Shown here piece by piece: positions 31,346-40,701 of a stretch of DNA of 64,000 nt. Position numbers and translations under genes: made by a program. Origin of the DNA: Armatimonadota bacterium (lineage in GTDB: Bacteria > Armatimonadota > SYMT01); the NCBI GenBank assembly GCA_046292385.1, contig JBKBRF010000004.1, positions 64,001 through 128,000 on the forward strand, given 5' to 3'. Each line of letters opens with the position of its first letter. The stretch's first letter is position 1. The notes under the pieces were generated by a model. It was not told where the DNA came from. It searched no databases and worked only from the letters and a program-made list of their open reading frames with translations.

Positions 31346-32707
31346 CTACCTCGCCGGGTCTCCGCAGTTCCCGGAGCCGGCCGCTTTGGCATCGCCATCA
31401 CAGCCGGACGGCGGTGCGAAGAGCGACTCCGGCAGCGGCTCCTCGGATCCCGTGAAGTCGGTCCAGAGGGCGGCGGTATAGATCCCGCTGGAGTTCACCA
31501 GGTCGCTCACGTACTCCAGCCGGTCGCCCCTCCGGAACATCCTCCAGGTGAATTCCAGGCCGTAGGGTCCGTTCGGCTCGTGGTAGAACTCGACGCGAGA
31601 ATTCCCGACTCGCTCATATCCCAGGAATACCGCGGTCTCGGTGACGCTCGGCGGTATGAGGGTACCGGTCAGCGGAAAGGAGTTGCAGCGGCCCGTACCG
31701 AGATCCACCTCGTAGAGGCGCTGGAGGTCATATCGGCTAATCAGGCGGATCGTGTGGTTGAAGTGCGGGCGCTGGCGGATGTCCACCCGCTCCCGGTTGC
31801 TGAGACTGTCGAAGTGCCGCTGCTCCTGTGAAGTCACTTCCATCGTGGAATTGAAGGCGTAACGACGGGTGACGAAGGCAGGATAGACCAAGCGCGAAGG
31901 GCTCGGGGCGTCTCCGGCACTCCCCAAGTCTCCCGGTGAGCCGGCGGAGCTCGGGGCGATCTCGCCGTGCGCCGGGTGAGCGCCGGGGCCGGGAGGGCAA
32001 TCCTCTGGGACGGCGAAGACGGAGGCGTCCAGCGGCCGGGTATACGCCTGGAAGTCGCGGATCAGAGTGAAGGACTGCACCAGAAGGCCGTTCCGGAGGC
32101 GCTGCTGCTCGCGAATGGCGACCGGATTCAGCGAGCGTCCGGTGCGAACCACGTTCAAGTTCGCAATGCGGGCCATGGTGCGGTACTCCGGACCGATCAC
32201 GTAACGCTCACCCGCGTGATCACTTCCGCTGGAGACACGCTCCTCCTTGTGGTAGAGCCGGGTCACGGAATCAGCGATGCGCTCGGTGCGCTTCAGGCTT
32301 GCCCCGCGCAGCAGCCTGATCGGCTTCATGGAGACGCGCGGCTGGATCCGGATCCTGCGACAGGTGTTCGCGTCGAGGTCGATCTCATAGCGCTGCTGCT
32401 TCCGGTAGTCCTCGATGACGCGGCAGCTCCGCGCTTCGGGCGCGATCACCTGAACGTCCCATCTCTGGCGCTTCCTGACCAGGTCGCGGTAGAGAGCGAC
32501 CTCCATCACGTTCCCGGCCGTGTCCACGTAAGAGTTCTTCGACGTGAAGACCTTTGGCAGGCTGCTGGGCAGCGGCAATCTTGCTTCCTCGGCTTCGGCA
32601 GCCGACAAGCCCGCATCAGCTACCGGGGCACCCCCTAACACGCACAGTCCCGCCGCGAACAGCGTTGCGAGCAACACCCAACGCGACCCTCGCATAACTA
32701 CTTTCAT
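31346..32707 (-). CDS. Secreted protein with two tandem ependymin-like (LolA-fold) domains
   Basis: Signal peptide and two mutually similar ~170-190 aa units: IEDYRKQQRYEIDLDANTC / ISRYDLQRLYEVDLGTGRC and LDASVFAVPEDC / LPESLFAPPSGC. Confidence 0.6.
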   Translation of the reverse strand: MKVVMRGSRWVLLATLFAAGLCVLGGAPVADAGLSAAEAEEARLPLPSSLPKVFTSKNSYVDTAGNVMEVALYRDLVRKRQRWDVQVIAPEARSCRVIEDYRKQQRYEIDLDANTCRRIRIQPRVSMKPIRLLRGASLKRTERIADSVTRLYHKEERVSSGSDHAGERYVIGPEYRTMARIANLNVVRTGRSLNPVAIREQQRLRNGLLVQSFTLIRDFQAYTRPLDASVFAVPEDCPPGPGAHPAHGEIAPSSAGSPGDLGSAGDAPSPSRLVYPAFVTRRYAFNSTMEVTSQEQRHFDSLSNRERVDIRQRPHFNHTIRLISRYDLQRLYEVDLGTGRCNSFPLTGTLIPPSVTETAVFLGYERVGNSRVEFYHEPNGPYGLEFTWRMFRRGDRLEYVSDLVNSSGIYTAALWTDFTGSEEPLPESLFAPPSGCDGDAKAAGSGNCGDPAR

Positions 32708-33115
32708 CCGTTCCTACTCCCTGTGGCCTCACGCGCGCGTGGCAATGTTCGACGCTTCTCGCTCGTGAAGCCGCCCCGGGGGAGCGGCGAGACAGATGAG
32801 AATGGGCGCGGCACCGTGCGCGAGCCGAACTGCAACGACCGAGGCCGGCACTGCTGCACGCCCCCCTTCACCGCCCCTCTGGAACGAGAGTCGTGAGCAG
32901 GTGAGCCGGGCAACGTTCGCCCGACGGCCGCCTGCCTCCTCTCGGGGCGGGCGCCTCCCGGTCGGGAGCTGCGTCCGATCAGCACAGAGTCTCGTGAAAG
33001 TGGAGGACGGAATGAGTGAAGGGAGCGCTCCGCCGGAGGGAGTGCCGCGGCTGCCGGTGTCTACTGCCGCAGCGGCAGCACAAAGATCCGGTTCATCATC
33101 CGGTGACACCGTGAT

Positions 33116-33251
33116 CGGGCGGTTGAAACCCCGGCAACCAAGGCTCCAACCCGGCCCACGCCGACGGAGCAATTCGCCAGGGACCCCGGAGGGGGTTCCC
33201 CGTCCGGCGGATAAAACTTCGTGCGGTTGTTGCCGCGGTTTCAACCGCCCG
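33116..33251. repeat. 136-bp MITE/REP-like element with 23-bp terminal inverted repeats
   Basis: cgggcggttgaaaccccggcaac (33116-33138) vs gttgccgcggtttcaaccgcccg (33229-33251), one mismatch. Confidence 0.8.
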
Positions 33252-33289
33252 GCTTTCCTGACCCCTGGCCCCAGCTCCCTGGTCCCTGG

Positions 33290-35656
33290 CTAATACAACT
33301 GCATCTCCGGGTGCATCGCCAGTGCCCAGAGGAGGTCCTCTACGCCCTCGCGCTTGACCGGGGTGCCGACCATCTCCACGCCGAGGCGCAGCTCTTCCGG
33401 GCTGGGGGCGCGGGAGAGGGCGTGGACGTAGAGCTTCCGCACCAGGGCGGCGGGGGAGGGGGCGCTTTCGGAGAGGCGGTCGGCGCCTGCCGTGAGGCGG
33501 TCGGCGAGGGTACCCCCGTTCGTTAGCTCCAGCGCTTCCAGGGTGGTGGCGACCGACTGGCGCTGCGTCACCACCTGCTCCCGGTTCGGGCGGCCCAGGG
33601 CGCGCATCAGTGGGTCGTTCAGCGCCATCGAGGCGCGGGATTCCACGATGGTGCGGTCGCCGGTCAGCACGAACAACTCGACTGAGGTCTGCGCGTTCGG
33701 CTGCAGGAGCGCGCCGCTGTCCGGACCGGCGACGGCGCGGAAGCGGGTGGTGCCCTTCGGGAGGTCGTAGACGAGGACGGAGTTGGCGTGGGTGCCGATG
33801 CCGTCCGCAAAAGTGCGATCACCGAGGCGCAGCGGCTGCTCGACCACGTTCTGCCCCAGGCGCACCTGACCGTAGCCGGTGCTGGCGCTGCGCCAGGGGA
33901 GCTTCGTTAAAGGCTGCTCGCCGTAGGTGCCGACCAGCCGCGGCTCCGCCCAGTCGACCCAGTCCGAGTTGCCGCCGTTGCCGCCGTCGCTGGCGACGAG
34001 GAGCAGCAGGTCGGCGCCGGTCACGTCGACGTCGATCTCCCGGAAGCCGTTCCGCATCACTCCGCTGGCGAGCTTCACCTCGGCGCCGCGCGGCACGACC
34101 GGCTTGCCGCCCTCGATCCGGAGCTGGGAGGCGGGGCGGGACCAGATGCCCGTGAGGGCGGAGACGGCGTCGACGAACTGCTCCGCGGAGAGGCGCTTCA
34201 CCACCGGGCCGCGGAACACGAACTCCTCCGTCGCTTGCGAGTCGAGGCCGACGGTCGGGAGCTGGTACGCGCGCGAGGTGGCGATCTGCTCCAGCAGCCG
34301 CTTCACGTCGTAGCCGTGCTCGGCGAAGTCGGCGGCGAGCCAGTCGAGGAGATCGGGGTGCCACGGGCGGGCGTCCATCTCGTCGGCCGGCTCCACCAGG
34401 GCCCGGCCCATCAGCTTGCCCCAGAGCCGGTTTACGAGGGTGCGCGCCAGGCGGCCGTTCTTGGGCGAGGTGAGCACCGCGGCAAGCTGCTCCCGACGCT
34501 GCTTCGGGGCTGCCTTTCCGTCGATCTCACCAAGCTGGGGATAGAGGAAACGGATCTGCGCCGTCTCGCCGGTGGGGACGTCGCAGCGGACCATCTCCAG
34601 CGGACCCTCGGCGTAAATGCTCGCCATGCCGTAGGCGTCGGCCAGCTTCCAGTTGTTGATGAAGCTGTCGTGGCAGGAGGCGCACTTCAGGTTCACCCCC
34701 ATGAAGATCTGGGAGATCCCCTGGGCGGCCTGCATTGCCGGCGTCTGGCTCGCGTTCACCACGCCGCGCCAGACGATTCCCTTGACGAAGCCTTCGGACT
34801 CGGGCGTCGGGTCGACCAGCTCCGCCACGAAGCGGTCGTACGGCTTGTTCGTCCGCAGCGCCTCGTAGAGCCAGCCGGTAATCTGCTTCCGGCCGCCGTC
34901 GATGTAGCCGGTGCCGGAGTAGTCGTTCCGGAGCGCGTCGTTCCAGAAGGTGAGCCAGTGCTCCGCGTAGTTCCGCTCGTCCCGCAGCAGCCGCCGGACC
35001 AGCTCCCTTCGCTTGTCCGGGCTGCGGTCGGCCGCGAACGCCTCCAGCTCCCCCGGAGTCGGGAGGAGGCCGACCAGGTCGAGGTAGACGCGCCGCGCGT
35101 AGGTGCGGTCGTCTACCGGCGTTCCGGGGCGGACCTTCTGCGCGCGATAGTACGGCAGCAGCAGGCGGTCGATCGGATGGGTAGCTCCCGCCTCCGCCGC
35201 GAGGAGCGCCGGCTTTCGCGGGGCCATCGGCGCGGTCCACGCGTCGCCCTGCTTCTCCGCGCCGAACGAGAGCCCCTGGTCGATCCAGGCGCGGAGGACG
35301 TCGACCTCCTTCTTCGTGAGCGGCGCGCCCTTGGGCGGCATCATCTTGCCGGGGATCTCGCCGGAGACCAGCTTGATCAGGTGGCTCTCGTCCGCCTTGC
35401 CGATCTTCACCACCGGATGCGTCGTCCCGCCGGTCAAGACCCCGCTGCGGCTGTCGATCTGGAACTCGCCCAGCTTGGACCCGTTCCCGTGGCAGGCGTA
35501 GCAGCGCGCTACCAGGATCGGCTTGACGTCCTTCTCGTAGGAGACGACCGGCGCCGCGGCCGCTTCCGAGACGAGCGCCGCGGCGATCACGCCGCCGGTC
35601 AGCACGACGGCGGAGCCGAGCACGAGGAGGGATTGAGAAAGGCGGAAAATGCTCAC
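33290..35656 (-). CDS. Planctomycete-type cytochrome c / DUF1549 / DUF1553 protein with inserted NPCBM-like carbohydrate-binding domain
   Basis: VKPILVARCYACHG, MPPKG, RRVYLDLVGLLPT, LKCASCHD, VNRLWGKLMGRALV, HPDLLDWLA. NPCBM-like ASDGGNGGNSDWVDWAEPRL...DGIGTHANS. Confidence 0.88.
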   Translation of the reverse strand: MSIFRLSQSLLVLGSAVVLTGGVIAAALVSEAAAAPVVSYEKDVKPILVARCYACHGNGSKLGEFQIDSRSGVLTGGTTHPVVKIGKADESHLIKLVSGEIPGKMMPPKGAPLTKKEVDVLRAWIDQGLSFGAEKQGDAWTAPMAPRKPALLAAEAGATHPIDRLLLPYYRAQKVRPGTPVDDRTYARRVYLDLVGLLPTPGELEAFAADRSPDKRRELVRRLLRDERNYAEHWLTFWNDALRNDYSGTGYIDGGRKQITGWLYEALRTNKPYDRFVAELVDPTPESEGFVKGIVWRGVVNASQTPAMQAAQGISQIFMGVNLKCASCHDSFINNWKLADAYGMASIYAEGPLEMVRCDVPTGETAQIRFLYPQLGEIDGKAAPKQRREQLAAVLTSPKNGRLARTLVNRLWGKLMGRALVEPADEMDARPWHPDLLDWLAADFAEHGYDVKRLLEQIATSRAYQLPTVGLDSQATEEFVFRGPVVKRLSAEQFVDAVSALTGIWSRPASQLRIEGGKPVVPRGAEVKLASGVMRNGFREIDVDVTGADLLLLVASDGGNGGNSDWVDWAEPRLVGTYGEQPLTKLPWRSASTGYGQVRLGQNVVEQPLRLGDRTFADGIGTHANSVLVYDLPKGTTRFRAVAGPDSGALLQPNAQTSVELFVLTGDRTIVESRASMALNDPLMRALGRPNREQVVTQRQSVATTLEALELTNGGTLADRLTAGADRLSESAPSPAALVRKLYVHALSRAPSPEELRLGVEMVGTPVKREGVEDLLWALAMHPEMQLY

Positions 35657-35660
35657 GATG

Positions 35661-36608
35661 CTACTTCTGTGACTCGTTCAGGCGGGAGAGCTTCCAGCGG
35701 GTGACGTAGGCGGCACTCTTTCCCGGCGGGATCTTGCGGAGGGGGCTCAGCACCTCCAGCTCCATATACCGGTCCGGGTCCGGGTTCGACCAGATCTCCA
35801 GCGAGCAGCCTTCGTCTGGATACGACGCGCCGCGCTCGTGGGAGGCGGAGATCTCGAACCGCAGCCCCTTCAGCTCCGCCCAGACCCGCCCCTGCGGAGA
35901 GTCGCCGCCGATCTTGCCGCCCTTCTGCGGGTCGCGCGTCAGCCAGACCGCGTCACCCCGCGTGGTGACGTTCCCCGGAACCGGGGGACTCGTCTCGAAG
36001 ACGCGGTAGCCTTGCGGGAAGCGGCCCCGTTGGTAGAGGGGCAGACCGGCGCGATCGGGAGCGTCGACCTGCGCCACTTCCCAGACGGACCATTCTACCT
36101 CTCGGGAGCCCGCGTTGTGCAAGCGATTGGTGAGCGTGACCCCGGTTCCACTCGGCGCGAGGGCGATGATGCGCGAGAAGCGGATCTCCCCTTTCGGGCT
36201 GATGGGGCCGGTCACCTGGACGCGACCGCCGGGAAGGACCTCCACCTGGTGCTCGCCGCGATCGAGATGCGGATCGGGCGGCCAGCCCCAGCGCGACTGC
36301 GGCGCGGGCCACAGCTTGTCTCCGCCGAAGTTCACCCAGTCGCCGCCCTCGGTCGGGCTCACCGTCTTCCCGCGCAAGGCTTCTTTCTCCCAGAGCACGT
36401 TCGGCCCGCCGAGGAAGCCATATCGCAGGATGCGGCCGACCTGCGGCACGAAGACCAGCTCGACCGTACCGTTCGTCAGCCGGTAGGCGCCGCTCCAGCC
36501 GTGGTAATCGACCCGCTCGACGCGCGGCGACCGCGCCTCGGCGGCAGCGGCGCAGGTGAGCGCGAGCGCCAGGAGGGCTGCGAAGGCGAGGGCGATCAGT
36601 CGGTGCAT
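35661..36608 (-). CDS. Exported DUF4380-like / galactose-mutarotase-like fold protein
   Basis: Signal peptide, LTNGTVELVFVPQVGRIL, NFGGDKLWPAPQ, YMELEVLSP. Confidence 0.7.
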   Translation of the reverse strand: MHRLIALAFAALLALALTCAAAAEARSPRVERVDYHGWSGAYRLTNGTVELVFVPQVGRILRYGFLGGPNVLWEKEALRGKTVSPTEGGDWVNFGGDKLWPAPQSRWGWPPDPHLDRGEHQVEVLPGGRVQVTGPISPKGEIRFSRIIALAPSGTGVTLTNRLHNAGSREVEWSVWEVAQVDAPDRAGLPLYQRGRFPQGYRVFETSPPVPGNVTTRGDAVWLTRDPQKGGKIGGDSPQGRVWAELKGLRFEISASHERGASYPDEGCSLEIWSNPDPDRYMELEVLSPLRKIPPGKSAAYVTRWKLSRLNESQK

Positions 36609-36792
36609 CGGCGGCTCCGGGAATCCGGTCGGATGGCTCAGGATCCGGCGCCATGCGCGGATCTTCCTCCCGCCATCGGGAGACTCAGATGGGGTGGCTT
36701 GCGAAACGGTTGAGTATCGGATTGAGACGCAACCCCTCAGTGCGCCGTGTGTCTCAACGGGCGCCTAAGGATTGTCCAAGGAGGAGAGACGC

Positions 36793-39120
36793 ATGCGGTG
36801 GCTGGTAGCTCTTGCGGGTGCTTCGCTCTGCTTTGCGCCCCTCGCGCTGGCGGCGCCGGCGAAGTCGCGCACCGCGAAGCCGCGGACCACCGCCCGGAAG
36901 CCGGCTGCAAAGCGCCCCACCGCCAGACCCCCTGCGGGAAAGACGCCTTCTGCGACCAAGAAGCCGCCGGCGCCGCCCAAGCCGGTCGTCAAGGCGCCCG
37001 AGCATCCGCAGTTCCTCCGGCACGTCGCCCCGATCCTGGACAAGCAGGGCTGCTCCGTCGCCGCCTGCCACGGCAAGTTCGGCGGTCGCGGCGACTTCCA
37101 GCTCTCCCTCCTCACCCTGGCGCCGGAGGACGACTACGCCCCGATCGTCTACGGCGCGCGCGGGCGCCGCGTGAACCTGCAAGAGCCGGAGCAGAGCCTC
37201 TTCCTGCTAAAGGCGATCAACGCGGTGCCGCACGGCGGCGGCCCGCGCTTCCGGAAAGACTCCCTCGAGTACCAGACCCTCCTCAACTGGCTGAAAGACG
37301 GCGCGCCGTTCCGGGAAGAAGACCCCCGCCTGCAGGAGCTGACCGTCACCCCCGCCCAGCAGGTGCTGAAGGCCGGATCGAAGGCGCGGCTCAAGGTGCT
37401 GGCGCGCTGGAGCGACGGCCAGGTGGAGGACGTCACCAAGCAGGCGATCTACACCTCGTCCGATGAGCCGGTCGCCACGGTAGACGGTGCCGGCGTGATC
37501 ACCGGCGTCCGGTGGGGCGGCACCGCCGTCCAGGTGCGGTATCTCGGGGTGGCGCGGGCCGGCTTCGTGACCCTGCCGCAGGAGCGAAAGGGCGCCGGCA
37601 ACTACCCGGAAGGGCCGCGCGCCAACTTTATCGACGAGTACGTCTTCACCAACCTGAAGCGGATGAACGTGCTCCCGTCGCCCACCAGCAGCGACGAGCA
37701 GTTCTGCCGCCGCGTCTACCTGGATACGCTCGGCGTGCTCCCCACGCCGGAAGAGCTGGAGCAGTTCGTCCACAGCGCCGATCCGCGGAAGCGGGCAAAG
37801 CTGATCGACGCGCTGCTGGAGCGGCCGGAGTTCGTCGACCTCCGCACCCTCCGCCTCGCCGACATGCTCCGCCTCAACCCGCGGAAGATCAACAACAACG
37901 GCGCGGTCGGCCAGCGCTCCGTCGTGCTCTTCCACGAGTGGATCCGCGAGAACGTGGCGAAGAACCGCCCGTGGGACCAGCTGGTGAAGGAGCTTCTCGC
38001 CGCGCGGGGCAGCCTGCTCTACAACGGGCCGGCCTCCTACTGGGCGATCGAGCGGACCGCGAACGACCGGGCGGAGACGACCGGCCAGGCGTTCCTCGGC
38101 GTGCGGCTCCAGTGCGCGCGCTGCCACAAGCACCCGTTCGACCGCTGGACCACGGACGATTACTGGAACTTCAGCGCCTTCCACGGCAAGATCGGCCTGC
38201 GCAACGTTCCCGGCGGCGCCTTCGCGGAGCAGGAGGTCTTCTACAACGCCGGCGCGCGGGTGGTGAACGAATCGGTGAACGGACCGCGCCGCGGCCTCCC
38301 GGCGGAGCCGACCTTCCTCGGCGCGAAGCCGCTGACCGAGGAGGAGCTGAAAGAGGATATCTCTCTCAAGCTCGCGGACTGGGTTACGTCGCCGGAGAAC
38401 CCGTTCTTCGCGCGGGCGACGATGAACCGGCTCTGGAGCCAGTTCTTCGGCCGCGCACTGATCCACCCGGTGGACGACATGCGGGAGACGACGCCGGAGT
38501 CGGTTCCCGGTCTGCTCGACGCGCTGGCGAAGGAGCTGGTCTCGCACCAGTACGACCTGAAGCACATGATCCGGTTGATCCTGAACAGCCGGACGTACCA
38601 GCTCTCCTCCGAGCCGAACGAGAGCAACACGCTGGATGACCGCTTCCACGCGCGCTACTATCCGAAGCCAATGCTCGCGCAGGTGATGCTCGACGCGTTG
38701 AACCAGGCGACCGGCGTCACGGAGCGGCTCACCGCGTTCCCGCTCACGCGGACGGTGGAGCTGCCGCTGCCGGCAAACAACTTCTTCCTGGACGTCTTCG
38801 GCCAGTCCCACCGCGAGTACCTGACGGAGCTCGACCCGAAGCTGGAGCCGAACCTGGTGCAGACGCTGCACATGATGAACTCCGGGTATGTGAACGGAAA
38901 GATCCGCGGCGGCACCGCGGCTAGGGAGCTGGCGCGGGACAAGATGGCAGACGCGGAGTTGATCCGCCGCGCCTTCCTCCGCACCGTCTGCCGCCCGCCC
39001 ACCGCGCGGGAAGTCGAGGCCGCCATGGCCGCGCTCGCCAAGACCGAGAAACGGCAGGAGTGGGTGGAAGACCTGATGTGGGCGCTGCTGTCGTCGCGGG
39101 AGTTCCTGTTTATTAGCTAA
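36793..39120 (+). CDS. DUF1549/DUF1553 protein with Ig-like domain
   Basis: Signal peptide, GCSVAACHG, HGGG, Ig-like DVTKQAIYTSSDEPVATV, RRVYLDTLGVLPT, LQCARCHKHPFDRWT, NPFFARATMNRLW. Confidence 0.9.
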   Translation: MRWLVALAGASLCFAPLALAAPAKSRTAKPRTTARKPAAKRPTARPPAGKTPSATKKPPAPPKPVVKAPEHPQFLRHVAPILDKQGCSVAACHGKFGGRGDFQLSLLTLAPEDDYAPIVYGARGRRVNLQEPEQSLFLLKAINAVPHGGGPRFRKDSLEYQTLLNWLKDGAPFREEDPRLQELTVTPAQQVLKAGSKARLKVLARWSDGQVEDVTKQAIYTSSDEPVATVDGAGVITGVRWGGTAVQVRYLGVARAGFVTLPQERKGAGNYPEGPRANFIDEYVFTNLKRMNVLPSPTSSDEQFCRRVYLDTLGVLPTPEELEQFVHSADPRKRAKLIDALLERPEFVDLRTLRLADMLRLNPRKINNNGAVGQRSVVLFHEWIRENVAKNRPWDQLVKELLAARGSLLYNGPASYWAIERTANDRAETTGQAFLGVRLQCARCHKHPFDRWTTDDYWNFSAFHGKIGLRNVPGGAFAEQEVFYNAGARVVNESVNGPRRGLPAEPTFLGAKPLTEEELKEDISLKLADWVTSPENPFFARATMNRLWSQFFGRALIHPVDDMRETTPESVPGLLDALAKELVSHQYDLKHMIRLILNSRTYQLSSEPNESNTLDDRFHARYYPKPMLAQVMLDALNQATGVTERLTAFPLTRTVELPLPANNFFLDVFGQSHREYLTELDPKLEPNLVQTLHMMNSGYVNGKIRGGTAARELARDKMADAELIRRAFLRTVCRPPTAREVEAAMAALAKTEKRQEWVEDLMWALLSSREFLFIS

Positions 39121-39216
39121 CGCCGTCGTATTCCGTGTTGCGTATTGCGCAGCGACGGGCTGCGACCGCTCTCCGGCAGATCGTGCCGGGCGTGATGCTG
39201 TGGCGTGGATCGGGTT

Positions 39217-39307
39217 CGCCCCGGAGGGGCGGGAGAGATTAGCCGGGGGTCAGCGCAGCGCAGCCCCCGGACCGGATCTGAATGGAAGGTCCGCCCTGGA
39301 TGGGCGG
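39217..39307. repeat. REP-like multi-hairpin intergenic element
   Basis: Three stems: cgcccc-gga-ggggcg, ccggggg...cccccgg and ccgccc-tggat-gggcgg. Confidence 0.55.
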
Positions 39308-39384
39308 GAGGACCGACCTCGAACAAGCTGGACTTAACGAATTGGCGCCGCTCCGGCAGGGGCGGGGGAAATGAGGAGCGAGCT

Positions 39385-40698
39385 ATGAAGGCCCGGGTCA
39401 CGGATTGTGAAAAGTTTCACCGGCGCGACTTCCTGAAGGTTGGCGTGCTGGGCGCGGTCGGCGGCCTGACGATGACCGACCTCTTCGCGCTCCGGGCACA
39501 GGCCGCGGCGCAGAATGGCGGCTCGTCTCCGACCGAATCGGTGATTCTGATCTGGCAGGGGGGCGGTCCCAGCCATATTGACACCTTCGATCCGAAGCCG
39601 GACGCGCCGGAAGAGATCCGCGGCACCTTCAACCCGATCGAGACGAACGTGAAGGGCATCCGCATCAGCGAGCACCTCCCGCACCTGGCGAAGGTAATGG
39701 ACAAGGTGGCGCTGATCCGCTCCGTCACCACCAACGAGGCGGCCCACGAGCGCGGCACCCACTACATGCTGACCGGTTTCACGCCCCTTCCCGGCTTCGC
39801 AGTGCCGGGGTTCGGCGCGGTCGCCGCCAAGTTCCGCGGCGCCCGCAGCGCGCTGCCGCCCTACATCGCGATCCCGAACGCGCTCAGCGACGGCGGCGGC
39901 GCCGGCTTCCTCGGCGCGGCGCTCAACCCGTTCTCGCCGAGCGGCGACCCGGCCTCGTCGAATTTCAGCGTCCGCGACCTCGACCTGCCCAACGGGATGA
40001 CGCTGGAGCAAGCGGACCGGCGCCGGACCCTCCGAGAGGCGATCGATAGCTCCTTCGCCCGGTTCGAGAAGGGGAGCGACCAGATCCGCGCGACGGGCGA
40101 GTTCTACAACCGCGCCTACGCGCTGCTCTCCAGCCAGGAGGCGCGCGCGGCCTTCGACATGAAGAAGGAGCCGAACGAGGTGAAGGATGCCTACGGGCGC
40201 AATCGCTTCGGCCAGAGCTGCCTGCTGGCGCGCCGACTGGTGGAGACCGGCGTCCGCTTCGTGACGGTGAGCCTCGGCGGGTGGGACACGCACGGCAACG
40301 GCTTCCGCTCGCTCAGCGAGAGCCTGCTGCCGACCTACGACCGCACCGTCGCCGCCCTGGTGAAGGACCTGGACGACCGCGGCCTGCTCAAGACCACCAT
40401 GGTGATCTCCATGGGCGAGTTCGGCCGCACGCCGGTGGTGAACCGGGACGGCGGGCGCGATCACTACGCCCGGGTCTTCTCCATGCTCATGGCCGGCGGC
40501 GGGTTGAAGGGCGGCCAGGTGGTCGGCGCTTCGGACGCGCGCGGGATGGAAGTCGCCAGCCGCCCGGTGCGGCCGGAGGACGTCGCCGCGACGATCTACC
40601 AGCAGCTCGGTATCGACTACACGCAGAGCATCGAGTCGCCGGAGGGGGTGCGGATCACGCTTTCCCGCGGCGGCCGCCCGATCTCGGAGCTGGTGTAG
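39385..40698 (+). CDS. DUF1501 family Tat-exported protein
   Basis: HRRDFLK, IWQGGGPSHIDTFDPKP, FGQSCLLARRLVETGVRFVTV, GWDTH, GEFGRTP, GRDHY. Confidence 0.92.
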   Translation: MKARVTDCEKFHRRDFLKVGVLGAVGGLTMTDLFALRAQAAAQNGGSSPTESVILIWQGGGPSHIDTFDPKPDAPEEIRGTFNPIETNVKGIRISEHLPHLAKVMDKVALIRSVTTNEAAHERGTHYMLTGFTPLPGFAVPGFGAVAAKFRGARSALPPYIAIPNALSDGGGAGFLGAALNPFSPSGDPASSNFSVRDLDLPNGMTLEQADRRRTLREAIDSSFARFEKGSDQIRATGEFYNRAYALLSSQEARAAFDMKKEPNEVKDAYGRNRFGQSCLLARRLVETGVRFVTVSLGGWDTHGNGFRSLSESLLPTYDRTVAALVKDLDDRGLLKTTMVISMGEFGRTPVVNRDGGRDHYARVFSMLMAGGGLKGGQVVGASDARGMEVASRPVRPEDVAATIYQQLGIDYTQSIESPEGVRITLSRGGRPISELV

Positions 40699-40701
40699 CC
40701 C

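Noticed and set aside
32708..33115. Riboswitch or small ORF in the long intergenic region upstream of the ependymin-like gene
   Set aside because: I recognised no riboswitch consensus, and the overlapping ORFs (32704-32985, 32729-33244, 32796-33293) have no credible protein features. An Rfam/Infernal scan would be needed to exclude an RNA.
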